This document shows, piece by piece, positions 23,999-35,600 of a DNA stretch of 64,000 bases. A program made the translations under genes and the position numbers. The notes under the pieces are model-generated. The model was given only the letters and a program-made list of their open reading frames with translations. It had not been told where the DNA came from and searched no databases. Origin of the DNA: Nemertoderma westbladi (lineage: Eukaryota; Animalia; Xenacoelomorpha); assembly GCA_032718475.1 (NCBI GenBank), contig JAUCBJ010005760.1:20450-84449 (forward strand). Reading direction: 5' to 3'. The stretch's first letter is position 1. Every line of letters starts with the position of its first letter.

Positions 23999-24128
23999 AT
24001 GACAGTATACGGCGGTTTACTAATATATAAGGTGATAATAGAAGTTGTAATCGTCCGTTGGTTGGCCTCAATAGGACCTATATCAGTAGTTGCTGTTAAG
24101 TCTAAACATCCGTATTACTGGGATCCAG
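23999..24128 (+). CDS. Probable first coding exon of THSD7-like TSP1-repeat gene
   Basis: Frame MTVYGGLLIYKVIIEVVIVRWLASIGPISVVAVKSKHPYYWDP, hydrophobic N-terminus, donor CAG|GTGAGT in phase 1. Joins the next exon to give YYWDPGIWTEC, resembling the first TSP1 WxxGxWxxC of THSD7 proteins. Confidence 0.7.
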
Positions 24129-25074
24129 GTGAGTGAATCCTACCAATTTAATAATGTATAGTTGTATCGAATGTACAGGGGCAGAGGGAAATATAGCTGT
24201 TTTATTTCCATATGTAAATGGTTTCTTGAAATTGCCTTGAAATTCCCTTTTTGCGTTCCGGCGGCTTATCTGATGGAGATAAATGCGTTATCGCAACAAA
24301 TTGTTTCATTAATTCAGAAGCAACAACTGGCATATTGGCATTGATTGACCCAAAACTGAAGTTGTACATAGTAAATCGCAATATGAATAATGGGAATCTG
24401 CATACTGTTTTGTCAAACTGATTAGGCCACTAACCTACTGATAGTGTTAAATATAAGATAAATCGTAATAACTTAACTCAGTCACATACCTCTATATATC
24501 ATGTACTGGTAGTAGGATGACGTAATCAACTATATTGAGTGACAATAATATTTCAGTTTACTGTTGTTCTTACTACTCATATTGGTATTTCTATTTTATT
24601 GCGTATTACAACACCATCGTTCTCGAGAAGTATAATGTGTAGAATTTGCGGAAAATGTAATATTATCTAACTTTTGAAATCAAAATGCCGTTCTTTTTAG
24701 CAGATACACAAATCCACATATTTTTCAAATTGACAGATTTTTCTGTGCAAGTATTCTACGGAAAAAGTTTCATTAAAATTCGCCTTTTAATGCGGATGGA
24801 CTTCTTACTCAGCCGTCGTAAATCTTGCCATAATACATGAATCTGCTCTTTAGGGTCGTGGGATATCTGCAGTACTTCACTAGCGTGAATTAATTATGTT
24901 ATCCCATTATTGCTGCAGTGCCGTTATTTTTCAATTTTACTTTTCATATATATTTATTCAGCACAAACACGATACTATATTTTCGACTTTTATATTATTG
25001 AGAACAATTTAAACGGTATATTATATAGTAAAAACCACTGTCATAGCAGTATCTAAAAGAGTGATTTTCTTTAG

Positions 25075-25883
25075 GTATATGGACTGAATGTCTACGAGTT
25101 GAGGATACAACATCCAACCCGGATGCATTCCCCGAATGCGATTGGGAAGGAATCACAAGACGCGTTATTACCTGCAGAGCAACACTCACCCAATCGGCGG
25201 TTCAGTCAACTCACTGCCTAGCAACCAAACAACCGCCAGCAACACGAATCTGCATAGGAGGTCCCCCTTGTCTCCAGTACTACTTACTGTCTGGGGGCTG
25301 GTCCGAGTGTCTTACACCGGATAACTGTTGCCATGGTAATAGCAGTGAATTCTGCTACGGCAATAAACATCGAACACTTAACTGCTACAACACTAAAAAT
25401 AATCAATCTGTAAATTTAGATAATTGTAATAAATTCAAAGCGCCACATCTGAGGAAAAATTGTAGAATCTCCTGCGGTGAGAGTAAAACTAAATACGAAA
25501 AAGGAACTCAGAAAGATGATGTTATTCAAGATTGCGTTGTAAGCGACTACGGAACGTGGTCAGACTGTCTGCGTGTCTGCGGCTCTACCCAGTACCGGTA
25601 CCGCACTAAAACCGTTCTCGTGGCGCCTAGCAACAGGGGTAAACAATGCCCCTCGTTGGTCGAAAAGACCCCGTGCCCAGAGTTGCCTGAATGCGAGTCT
25701 GGTGTGCAGATTCGTTTATCGGATTGGGGTGTCTGTGAGTCTGAGGAGATTGTCCCAAACATTCCGATCGTCGTAGGACAAGTGGTTACCGGTGTAACTG
25801 CGATGTTGGGTAGTCAGATTCGATCTGTTACCATAGTGACAGGGGAAAACAATAACGTGGAACTTCTTTCTAATTTAACCCAG
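25075..25883 (+). CDS. Large exon of THSD7A/B-like thrombospondin type-1 repeat protein
   Basis: Acceptor TTTTCTTTAG; open frame IWTECL...TRRVITC...GGWSECL...DCVVSDYGTWSDCLRVCG..QYRYRTKTVLVAPSNRGKQCPSLVE..PC...SDWGVC. Donor taken as CAG|GTTTGT; alternative GTAAGT at 25904. Confidence 0.88.
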
Positions 25884-26288
25884 GTTTGTTTAGTACGAAA
25901 ACCGTAAGTTTTATCTAAAACTGATTAAAAACCATTTATTTAAATACTGCTTCTTTCATAATTATTATTCTTCATATTTAATATTCTCTAACCACATTTA
26001 TAATAAACTATATTTTGAAATATATTAATAAATACATAAACTATGTAATACTGTCAGTGTAAGTGTATTGTAGTTAAATCTGTGTCCTCGGATATTTCAT
26101 CACATATCCGTATAAGCCCCCGTTCACAGATTCACCTCGCGGTGACAGCACGGAGGTTTAGCGCGCTGCGCTGTCACGGTAAAGTGTATCAGTGAAGCTT
26201 AAAAAACAATAAATTATATATTAATATTATTACGCAGTAACTCGCTAAATTATATATGTGGATATATATATATATATATATATAATGT

Positions 26289-27239
26289 GGATTACTGAAT
26301 TTCTTGTGTGCAGTTGGCAGTCTGTCAGTCTGTAGTAGTGAGTTTGTAGGTAGGTACCTATCAGTTCGTTAAAGGCCTGTTGGCCGCAATATAACTGAAA
26401 TTAATTATATACACGGTCACTAGTAAAAGATCCAGTTTACACACACCTTAAAGATTTGAAGCTATGATACCTCCAGTGACCAGGGCGCGCACCAGTTTTC
26501 GTAAATTTAACCTTCCGCTTGATCAGCAGTTTGCCCTAAAAAAAGAGGATTACTGAATTTCTTGTGTGCAGTTGGCAGTCTGTCAGTCTGTAGTAGTGAG
26601 TTTGTAGGTAGGTACCTATCAGTTCGTTAAAGGCCTGTTGGCCGCAATATAACTGAAATTAATTATATACACGGTCACTAGTAAAAGATCCAGTTTACAC
26701 ACACCTTAAAGATTTGAAGCTATGATACCTCCAGTGACCAGGGCGCGCACCAGTTTTCGTAAATTTAACCTTCCGCTTGATCAGCAGTTTGCCCTAAAAA
26801 AAGAGGATTACTGAATTTCTTGTGTGCAGTTGGCAGTCTGTCAGTCTGTAGTAGTGAGTTTGTAGGTAGGTACCTATCAGTTCGTTAAAGGCCTGTTGGC
26901 CGCAATATAACTGAAATTAATTATATACACGGTCACTAGTAAAAGATCCAGTTTACACACACCTTAAAGATTTGAAGCTATGATACCTCCAGTGACCAGG
27001 GCGCGCACCAGTTTTCGTAAATTTAACCTTCCGCTTGATCAGCAGTTTGCCCTAAAAAAAGAGGATTACTGAATTTCTTGTGTGCAGTTGGCAGTCTGTC
27101 AGTCTGTAGTAGTGAGTTTGTAGGTAGGTACCTATCAGTTCGTTAAAGGCCTGTTGGCCGCAATATAACTGAAATTAATTATATACACGGTCACTAGTAA
27201 AAGATCCAGTTTACACACACCTTAAAGATTTGAAGCTAT
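26289..27239. repeat. 258-bp tandem repeat, ~3.7 near-identical copies
   Basis: Units start at 26289, 26547, 26805 and 27063 (GGATTACTGAATTTCTTGTGTGC...); preceded by (TA)n. Confidence 0.95.
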
Positions 27240-27290
27240 AAATTATATATGCCTCATCCTACTCAGCGTTATTTTCTATCGCCAACGCAG

Positions 27291-27490
27291 ATGGAGGTTA
27301 GAACCTGCGCCCTTCCCGTAGCATGCAATGTCACCCCGTGGGGGGAGTGGAGTTCCTGTAAAGGGATCCGTTACTGTGGTACCGGAAGGAAGATGAGGGA
27401 ACGTGGGGTCATAGTGGCGCCATCTGGTGACGCTCAGCAGTGTCCGCCGCTAAAGGAAGAGCAGTCGTGCAGGCTGGGAAGCTGTAAAAG
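27291..27490 (+). CDS. Exon of THSD7-like gene (TSP1 repeat)
   Basis: MEVRTCALPVACNVTPWGEWSSC...CGTGRKMRERGVIVAPSGDAQQCPPLKEEQSC; flanked by CAG| and |GTTAGT. Confidence 0.9.
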
Positions 27491-27514
27491 GTTAGTGAAG
27501 TTATATAAAGTTAT

Positions 27515-30500
27515 CTTATAGACCCAAACAACTGCTCTCTTATAGAATAAAACAAATGTTCTCTTATAGAAACAAACAAATGTTCTCTTATAGAAACAAA
27601 CAAATGTTCTCTTATAGAAACAAACAAATGGTCTCTTATAGAAACAAACAAATGTTCTCTTATAGAAACAAACAAATGTTCTCTTATAGAAACAAACAAC
27701 TACTTTCTTATAAAAACAAACAAATGTTCTCTTATAGAACCAAACAACTGCTCTCTTATAGAAACAAACAAATTTTCTCTTATAGAACAAATGTTCTCTT
27801 ATAGAAACAAACAACTACTTTCTTATAGAAACAAACAAATGTTCTCTTATAGAAACAAACAAATGTTCTCTTATAGAATCGAACAAATGTTCTCTTATAG
27901 AAACAAACAAATGTTCTCTCAAATAAACAAACCACTGCTCTCTTATAGAAACAAACAAATGTTCTCTTATGGAAACAAACAAAAAGTTTTCTTAAAGAAA
28001 CAAACAAATGTTCTCTTTTAGAAACAAACAAATGATTTCTTATAGGAACAAACAAGATGTTCTCTTACAGAAACAAACAAAAGTTTTCTTAAAGAAACAA
28101 ACAAATATTATCTTATAGAAACAACCAAATGTTTTCTTATAGAAACAAAGAAGATGTTCTCTTACAGAAACAAACAAAAAGTTTTCTTAAAGAAACAAAC
28201 AAATATTATCTTATAGAAACAACCAAATGTTTTCTTATAGAAACAAAGAAGATGTTCTCTTACAGAAACAAACAAAAAGTTTTCTTAAAGAAACAAACAA
28301 ATATTATCTTATAGAAACAACCAAATGTTTTCTTATAGAAACAAAGAAGATGTTCTCTTACAGAAACAAACAAAAAGTTTTCTTAAAGAAACAAACAAAT
28401 ATTATCTTATAGAAACAAACAAATGTTTTCTTATAGAAACAAAGAAGATGTTCTCTTACAGAAACAAACAAAAGTTTTCTTAAAGAAACAAACAAATATT
28501 ATCTTATAGAAACAAACAAATGTTTTCTTTTAGAAACAAACAAATGATTTCTTATAGGAACAAACAAGATGTTCTCTTACAGAAACATACAAAAAGTTTT
28601 CTTAAAGAAACAAACAAATGTTCTCTTTTAGAAACAAACAAATGATTTCTTATAGGAACAAACAAGATGTTCTCTTACAGAAACAAACAAAAAGTTTTCT
28701 TAAAGAAACAAACAAATGTTCTCTTATAGAAACAAACAAATGTTTTCTTATAGAATCAAACAAGATGTTCTCTTACAGAAACAAACAAAAAGTTTTCTTA
28801 AAGAAACAAACAAATGTTCTCTTTTAGAAACAAACAAATGTTTTCTTATAGAATCAAACAAGATGTTCTCTTACAGAAACAAATAAAAAGTTTTCTTAAA
28901 GAAACAAACAAATGTTCTCTTTTAGAAACAAACAAATGTTTTCTTATAGAAACAAACAAGATGTTCTCTTACAGAAACAAACAAAAAGTTTTCTTAAAGA
29001 AACAAACAAATGTTCTCTTTTAGAAACAAACAAATGATTTCTTATAGAAACAAACAAGATGTTCTCTTACAGAAACAAACAAAAAGTTTTCTTAAAGAAA
29101 CAAACAAATATTATCTTATAGAAACAACCAAATGTTTTCTTATAGAAACAAAGAAGATGTTCTCTTACAGAAACAAACAAAAAGTTTTCTTAAAGAAACA
29201 AACAAATATTCTCTTATAGAAACAAACAAATGTTTTCTTATAGAATCAAACAAGATGTTCTCTTACAGAAACAAACAAAAAGTTTTCTTAAAGAAACAAA
29301 CAAATATTCTCTTATAGAAACAAACAAATGTTTTCTTATAGAAACAAACAAGATGTTCTCTTACAGAAACAAACAAAAGTTTTCTTAAAGAAACAAACAA
29401 ATATTATCTTATAGAAACAAACAAATGTTTTCTTATAGAAACAAACAAGATGTTCTCTTACAGAAACAAACAAAAAGTTTTCTTAAAGAAACAAACAAAT
29501 GTTCTCTTTTAGAAACAAACAAATGATTTCTTATAGAAACAAACAAGATGTTCTCTTACAGAAACAAACAAAAGTTTTCTTAAAGAAACAAACAAATATT
29601 ATCTTATAGAAACAAACAAATGTTTTCTTATAGAAACAAACAAGATGTTCTCTTACAGAAACAAACAAAAAGTTTTCTTAAAGAAAAAAACAAATGTTCT
29701 CTTATAGAAACAAACAAATGTTTTCTTATAGAAACAAACAAGATGTTCTCTTACAGAAACAAACAAAAGTTTTCTTAAAGAAACAAACAAATATTATCTT
29801 ATAGAAACAAACAAATGATTTCTTATAGAAACAAACAAGATGTTCTCTTACAGAAACAAACAAAAAGTTTTCTTAAAGAAAAAAACAAATGTTCTCTTAT
29901 AGAAACAAACAAATGTTTTCTTATAGAAACAAACAAGATGTTCTCTTACAGAAACAAACAAAAGTTTTCTTAAAGAAACAAACAAATATTATCTTATAGA
30001 AACAAACAAATGTTCTCTTATAGAAACAAACAAATGTTTTCTTTTAGAAACAAACAAATATTCCCTCATAGAAACAAACAAATGTTCTCTTATAGAAACA
30101 AACAAATGTTTTCTTTTAGAAACAAACAAGATGTTCTCTTACAGAAACAAACAAAAGTTTTCTTAAAGAAACAAACAAATATTCTCTCATAGAAACAAAC
30201 AAATGTTCTCTTATAGAAACAAACAAATGTTTTCTTAAAGAAACAAACAAATGTTCTCTCATAGTAACAAACAAATGTTCTCTCATAGAAACAAACAAAT
30301 TTTTTTCTTATAAAAACAAACAAACGTTTTCTTAAAGAAACAAACAAATAGAAACAAACAAATGTTCTCTTATAGAAACAAACAAATGTTTTCTTAAAGA
30401 AACAAACAAATGTTCTCTCATAGTAACAAACAAATGTTCTCTCATAGAAACAAACAAATTTTTTTCTTATAAAAACAAACAAACGTTTTCTTAAAGAAAC

Positions 30501-30540
30501 AAACAAATAGAAACAAACAAATGTTCTCTTATAGAAACAA
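27515..30540. repeat. ~24-bp AT-rich satellite with ~98-bp higher-order units
   Basis: Consensus AGAAACAAACAAATGTTCTCTTAT over ~3 kb; 98-bp periodicity visible (e.g. 28129 vs 28227). Confidence 0.96.
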
Positions 30541-31399
30541 AATTATGTGTTCTCCTCCCACAGTGTTCCCAAGCCAAAAATTTTTTATTGTAAAAACTTA
30601 GGAAATATTGAAATATTTCAATATATTCATATTTAGGCGTTAACTGGACAGGTAAGGGAGAACCAAACAAAAAACCAGACAGGAGAAGTATATACAGGAC
30701 AAAATTGAAGCAATTAAAGCTGCCCATATTGTTGTGTCCTCTACGGTAGGGACTACCCTACAGCCTACAAATCTACTAATACGAAGCTATAGAATATCTC
30801 TATCCGTAAAGTCCAGTAGCATACCGCTTACCAGATCCTAGTAACGATGTATCTTACTATGAGACTCTAGTAATGAAACGGAATAATAATCACTATCTAA
30901 TTATTGCATACTTAATATTGCAGGTACAGCGTAAATACAATCCATCATACATACAAAATACAAATTTACAAATCAACTTTAGTGCATAAAATTCAAAAAA
31001 GGCTTTCGGTTATCAAGATAAACAAATTAAACAAATCAGAACAAATTTAAATCAAAACAAATCGAACAAATAATTGCAATTCTTTCAATAAATCTTTATA
31101 TATTGTAAATATACATAATAAATTCACCAAATTAAATCAGTCCAAATATAAAATGAACATAATGCGCTAAAATCTTTTAAATAAGTCTTAAAGTGTTCTC
31201 CTGACGATCTTAATAGTTCGTCCTGCTGGAATATCTTCTCCTGAGCACTAATTGCTAACGGTAGGCTCGCAAGCCTTCCTTCTCTATCTCGCTCCTCCAA
31301 AACCAACGTCCGATATAAATACCCAAATATAATATCCAAATATAAAATATCCAATATAAATATCCAATATAAATATCCAATATAACATCCAAATAAAAT

Positions 31400-31928
31400 A
31401 TCCGAATATAAATATCCAAATCGGTAGGCTCGCAAGCCTTCCTTTCTTCATCTCGCTCTCCTAATCCTTGGTCGAATGGCTCGTCCACGTCCTCTAATAC
31501 GATTGGGTGGTGGTCGGGATCGAACTGGACTCGGACTTTGGTGTCGAGCTGTTGGTGGTTCCTACGTCGAGTTGCCTGCGGTTCTAGAATACCGGGAAAT
31601 GGAACGACCGCCTTCTTGGTAACGCAGACTTTGGTGGTTTGGGCAACGCGCTAATATCAGCTCGGGGTTCTCGCAAATGTCGCTGGCGTCGCATAACGCA
31701 TCGTAGGGGTACAACGCTTTGAACTCCGCGCGTAACTCCTCCGCTCTTTTGTTATAAGCGTCCAATCGCTGTCGCGTGATGTTTGGATCCGCCTTGGACT
31801 TAGCGAGCTTGGCTGTACTACTAGCCATACTCTCCACTTCAAACACGTTAAAGTTTTGGCTCCATAACGATTAAACGGTGCCTGGTGCTCCTATTCCTGC
31901 GTGAATCCCTGTATATGTAGTGTTTCTA
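31400..31928 (-). pseudogene. Decayed extra ORF of element 2 (coiled-coil/Cys core, Arg-rich tail)
   Basis: GC-rich frame including ORF 31562-31846. The same frame continues through single stops upstream to a splice acceptor (~31929) and downstream into EPPTARHQSPSPVRSRPPPNRIRGRGRAIRPRIRRAR. Confidence 0.5.
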
Positions 31929-32623
31929 CTAGAGGAAGCACAAACAGAGGTTAGATGAGAGGAGACTTAGAGTTTTGTCGGCTTTTGGCTCAACTTTGCT
32001 CTAAAACCCCTACCCATTTGCCTAATGACTTCGGGTTCACGTGATTTCGCACTGGCCCCTAATCGAAAATTGTGCCGATAAAAAACGAATTCCGGGTAAA
32101 CTAGCCGCGAGTCTAAAATACTCACCTTTTAATTTCCCAAACTACATTCCCAAAGAAATAATAGTGCAGTCAAGAATTAATTCGGTCTAAATAATAGTAG
32201 ACACGACTACGTAGAACAAGGCCGGTTTTCTTTTTCAAAAAAATTTATCGGTAGGCTCGCAAGCCTTCCATCCGCTCTTGTCCTCCCCAATTTTAATTTT
32301 TATCTAGTTGTATTCTAGAATTCGCATTCACTGGAGAATCATTTTTCTTAAATTTAAATCCAACTAAATGGATTTGTCTAATAATTTTTGAAAAATTGTC
32401 TCACTTGTGGGTTCCAAGTGGAATTCCATTCCTACTGTACACACAATCCCACTCCTATGTGATACATAAGGGTACTACCCTCCATGTTCACATATAAAGA
32501 CAATGGAATTCCACCGCTGTCTCTATCTACAGTGAAGAGGATTACAAATGCACATACAGTAATAGAAATACTAAATTACTAAAATACGGTAGGTCTATGT
32601 GGCGGCCAACAAAGGTCCCACAT

Positions 32624-35600
32624 TTATTTACTAATATTGGGTGGAGATTTGTAGTCTCCTGTCTCGTTTCTAGTCTCCTCAAGGAGCACGAGACGTTGTA
32701 CAGGTCTGTCTACGGTACGACCGTCGATAGTCCTTACAGTAACTGTCCTCACTACACCAGATGTAGGGTGCGTGGTCAAAATGACTCCAGTCAGCCAAAA
32801 CCGTCTTTTCAGATTGGCTTCAGCCAATAAAACATGGTCACCACGTCTTAAACATCGGGTATTAAGATACCAAGAGGTTCTGGTCGAAATAGAGGGCAAA
32901 TAATATTTCTGCCATATTTCCCAGAATTTATTTGCAAGCAATTGAGTGATTTTCCAAGCTTTGTTGCCGTATCCGTCGCTATCAACGGGTACCGAAATGG
33001 GCAACAATGTCGTCGGCGCCTGCATAAGCAGGTGCGCTGGTGTCAAGGCAAACTGTGCGTCGTTATTGTCTGGGATCAAAGCGATCGGTCTAGTGTTCAA
33101 AATCGCTTCGATTTCTATTAACAACGTCGTCAGTTGGTCGTCTGTCAGTATGTGTTGCGTCGGTACGACTTTGGCCATAGCTGTCTTAATTGAGCCAATC
33201 AGCCTTTCCCAAACGCCGCCTCTCCACGGACTGTCTGGAGTATTGAAATACCAAACAATTCGGTGAGGTCGTAGTTCCTCGGAAATCTGGTTTTGGTCCA
33301 ACTTTCTCAAAGCTCTGGTTATCTCGTTCCGTGCACCCACAAAGTTTGTCCCTTGGTCGCAATAAATGGATTTGACCAATCCACGTCTAGCGATAAATCG
33401 CCGTAAGGCTAGGATAAAGGCATTGGTGGTCAAATCTGTCACCCGCTCTATATGGACAGCTCTGCTGGCCATGCAAGTGAAGATCAATCCCCAACGTTTT
33501 ACCTGTACCCTTCCGCGTTTCGCGATTATGGGTCCAAAACAGTCTATCCCTGTCTCAGTGAAAGGGGGTCTAAATGCCTGTAATCTCGCTAGTGGTAGTT
33601 CACTCATTTCTTGGTGTCCTATCCTCGCGTGTACCTTCTTACAAATCATACAGTTCCGTGTTACCGAACTCAGTGCCTTACTAGGTCTAATCAGTACAAA
33701 CCTCGATCGTAAGTGTGATAGACAGTGGTGTCTACCCACGTGTTTGAGTTGTACATGTGCGTCCAGTATCATAGAGCGCTGTAATTCATGGTGTTGCGGT
33801 ATGATGATAGGATACCTAAAGTCTAGTGCAAAGTCGATGTTTTGGAGTCTGGACTTGTGACAAAGTAAGCCCCGGTAAATAATCGGACTCCAACTCAAAA
33901 TCGGTGAAGACTTAATCTGTTTACCTTGGTTGATCGCTGTGAACTCTCGTGCGAAATATCGCAATTGATAATGTCTAATGATATCAACTTCACAATGACC
34001 AACTTCCCTTAAGGTAAGTCTTCTAGGAAAGTCGCGTTTGCCTCTGGCATATTGTCTCAAACGTTTGAGCCATGCTAACTTGCGGCACGCGTCAGTCCAT
34101 GATCTAGTTAGGTTTACTATCCGGTCAACGTAAGTGTTAGTGACGTCATCAGGTAAGGTGTAGTCGTAGTGTGGATACTTGTCTGGACTTGATAGGCCCA
34201 CAGGCCTTCCGGTAGGTTTGTCTGAGTCCCCAAGTACGTCAATCTTTACGATCTTACCTTTACCGTCCGCACCTAATGTGTCGACTAGCAGTAACGGTTT
34301 CAACTCTACAGTATCAGTGTGTTCCTGTGAGCCTGTAAGCTTCCTAACCTTAGTCACACGCTTACCTGTAGGTGGTAAGTCAAGTACTTTCTTTGAGCGG
34401 AGTGTGATCGCTGTGGCCACACCTTTGTCGTCCAAAGAAGTCAAATTCGGTAAGTCTCTAAAAGTCCGCTCCAATGGGTCTTTTAATGGAGTGTCTAGTA
34501 GACAGTCTGGTGAAGCGTCCGGTGAACAGTCTGGCGAGACGTCTGGTGAGACATAGCGCGGAACATCCGGCGAAATGTCCTGTCGTCGGTCCCAAAGTCT
34601 GTCTGGCGTAACTTCCGTCAGAAAGTCTGGTCCAAAGTCTGGTGGACAGTCTGTCGAGATGTCTGGTGGAAAGTCTGGTGAGACGTCCGGTAAACATTCT
34701 GTCGAGAGTTCCATCAAACAGTCTGGCGAACAATCCGGAGAACAATCTGGTGTCGCTTCTGGTGAATAATCTGGCGAGTAATCTGGTGAACAATCCGGCG
34801 AAACGTCTGGTGAAATCTCCCGCGGAACATCCGGCGAAGGATTCGTACAAGCGTCTGGTCGAGAGTCTGGTGAGACGTCTGGCGTAATGTCAGGTCTGGC
34901 GTCCAGGTCATTAGATTTCGTCCGTCCTTTTTTCCTCTTGACCTTGGCGTTGGCTTTCGCTCTAGACTTGACAACCTTGTCGAGTTTTATCTCGGCACCC
35001 TCTGGTATGGTGTTGGTTGTCGCGTTGAATAACGGTGGCCATTCGTCCGATGGTCGCTGTAGGAAATCGGGTCCTCTAAACCAAAAGGATTTATTGTCCG
35101 GTTTACAAAAGTCAAGCGGTTGCATCCCCCGTGACGCGATGTCAGCTGGGTTCAGCTTCCCTGGACAGTGACGCCAATCTTGTTTGAGCGACCGGTCTAG
35201 TATTTCAGCCCGTCTGTTGGCTACGAAAGTCTTGAACTCAAACGCTTTGTTGTTTATGTACCAAAGTACCAACGTCGCATCCGTCCAATATGTGACCTTC
35301 AAGTTAGCCTCCAGCTTGCGTTGAACTAGACTGACAATATCGGTGGATATCGTCCCGGCTTGCAGCTCCCCACGAGGTACAGTCATATACTTCAATGGCA
35401 TTGTTCTAGCTCTTGAAGTAACGAGAGACACTTCGTAGCTGTCCGATGTCACTTGTCGTCTAAGGTATAAGGTAACCCCCAATCCATCCTTGCTAGCGTC
35501 ACTTAAGCTGTGAAGCTCTAAATCGGCAGGAAAGGTGGTCTGCAAAGGAAAGTATACCCTCGGTATGGTATAGTCTTGTAGGAGCGTCAGTTGGGCTTCC

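Noticed and set aside
27434-30506. Many MFSYRNKQ-type ORFs
   Set aside because: Translations of the 24-bp satellite.
30637-30651. 15-bp candidate microexon (TTTAG|GCGTTAACTGGACAG|GTAAGG)
   Set aside because: In the phase left by the upstream exon it reads into TAA, and it would not fix the phase mismatch.
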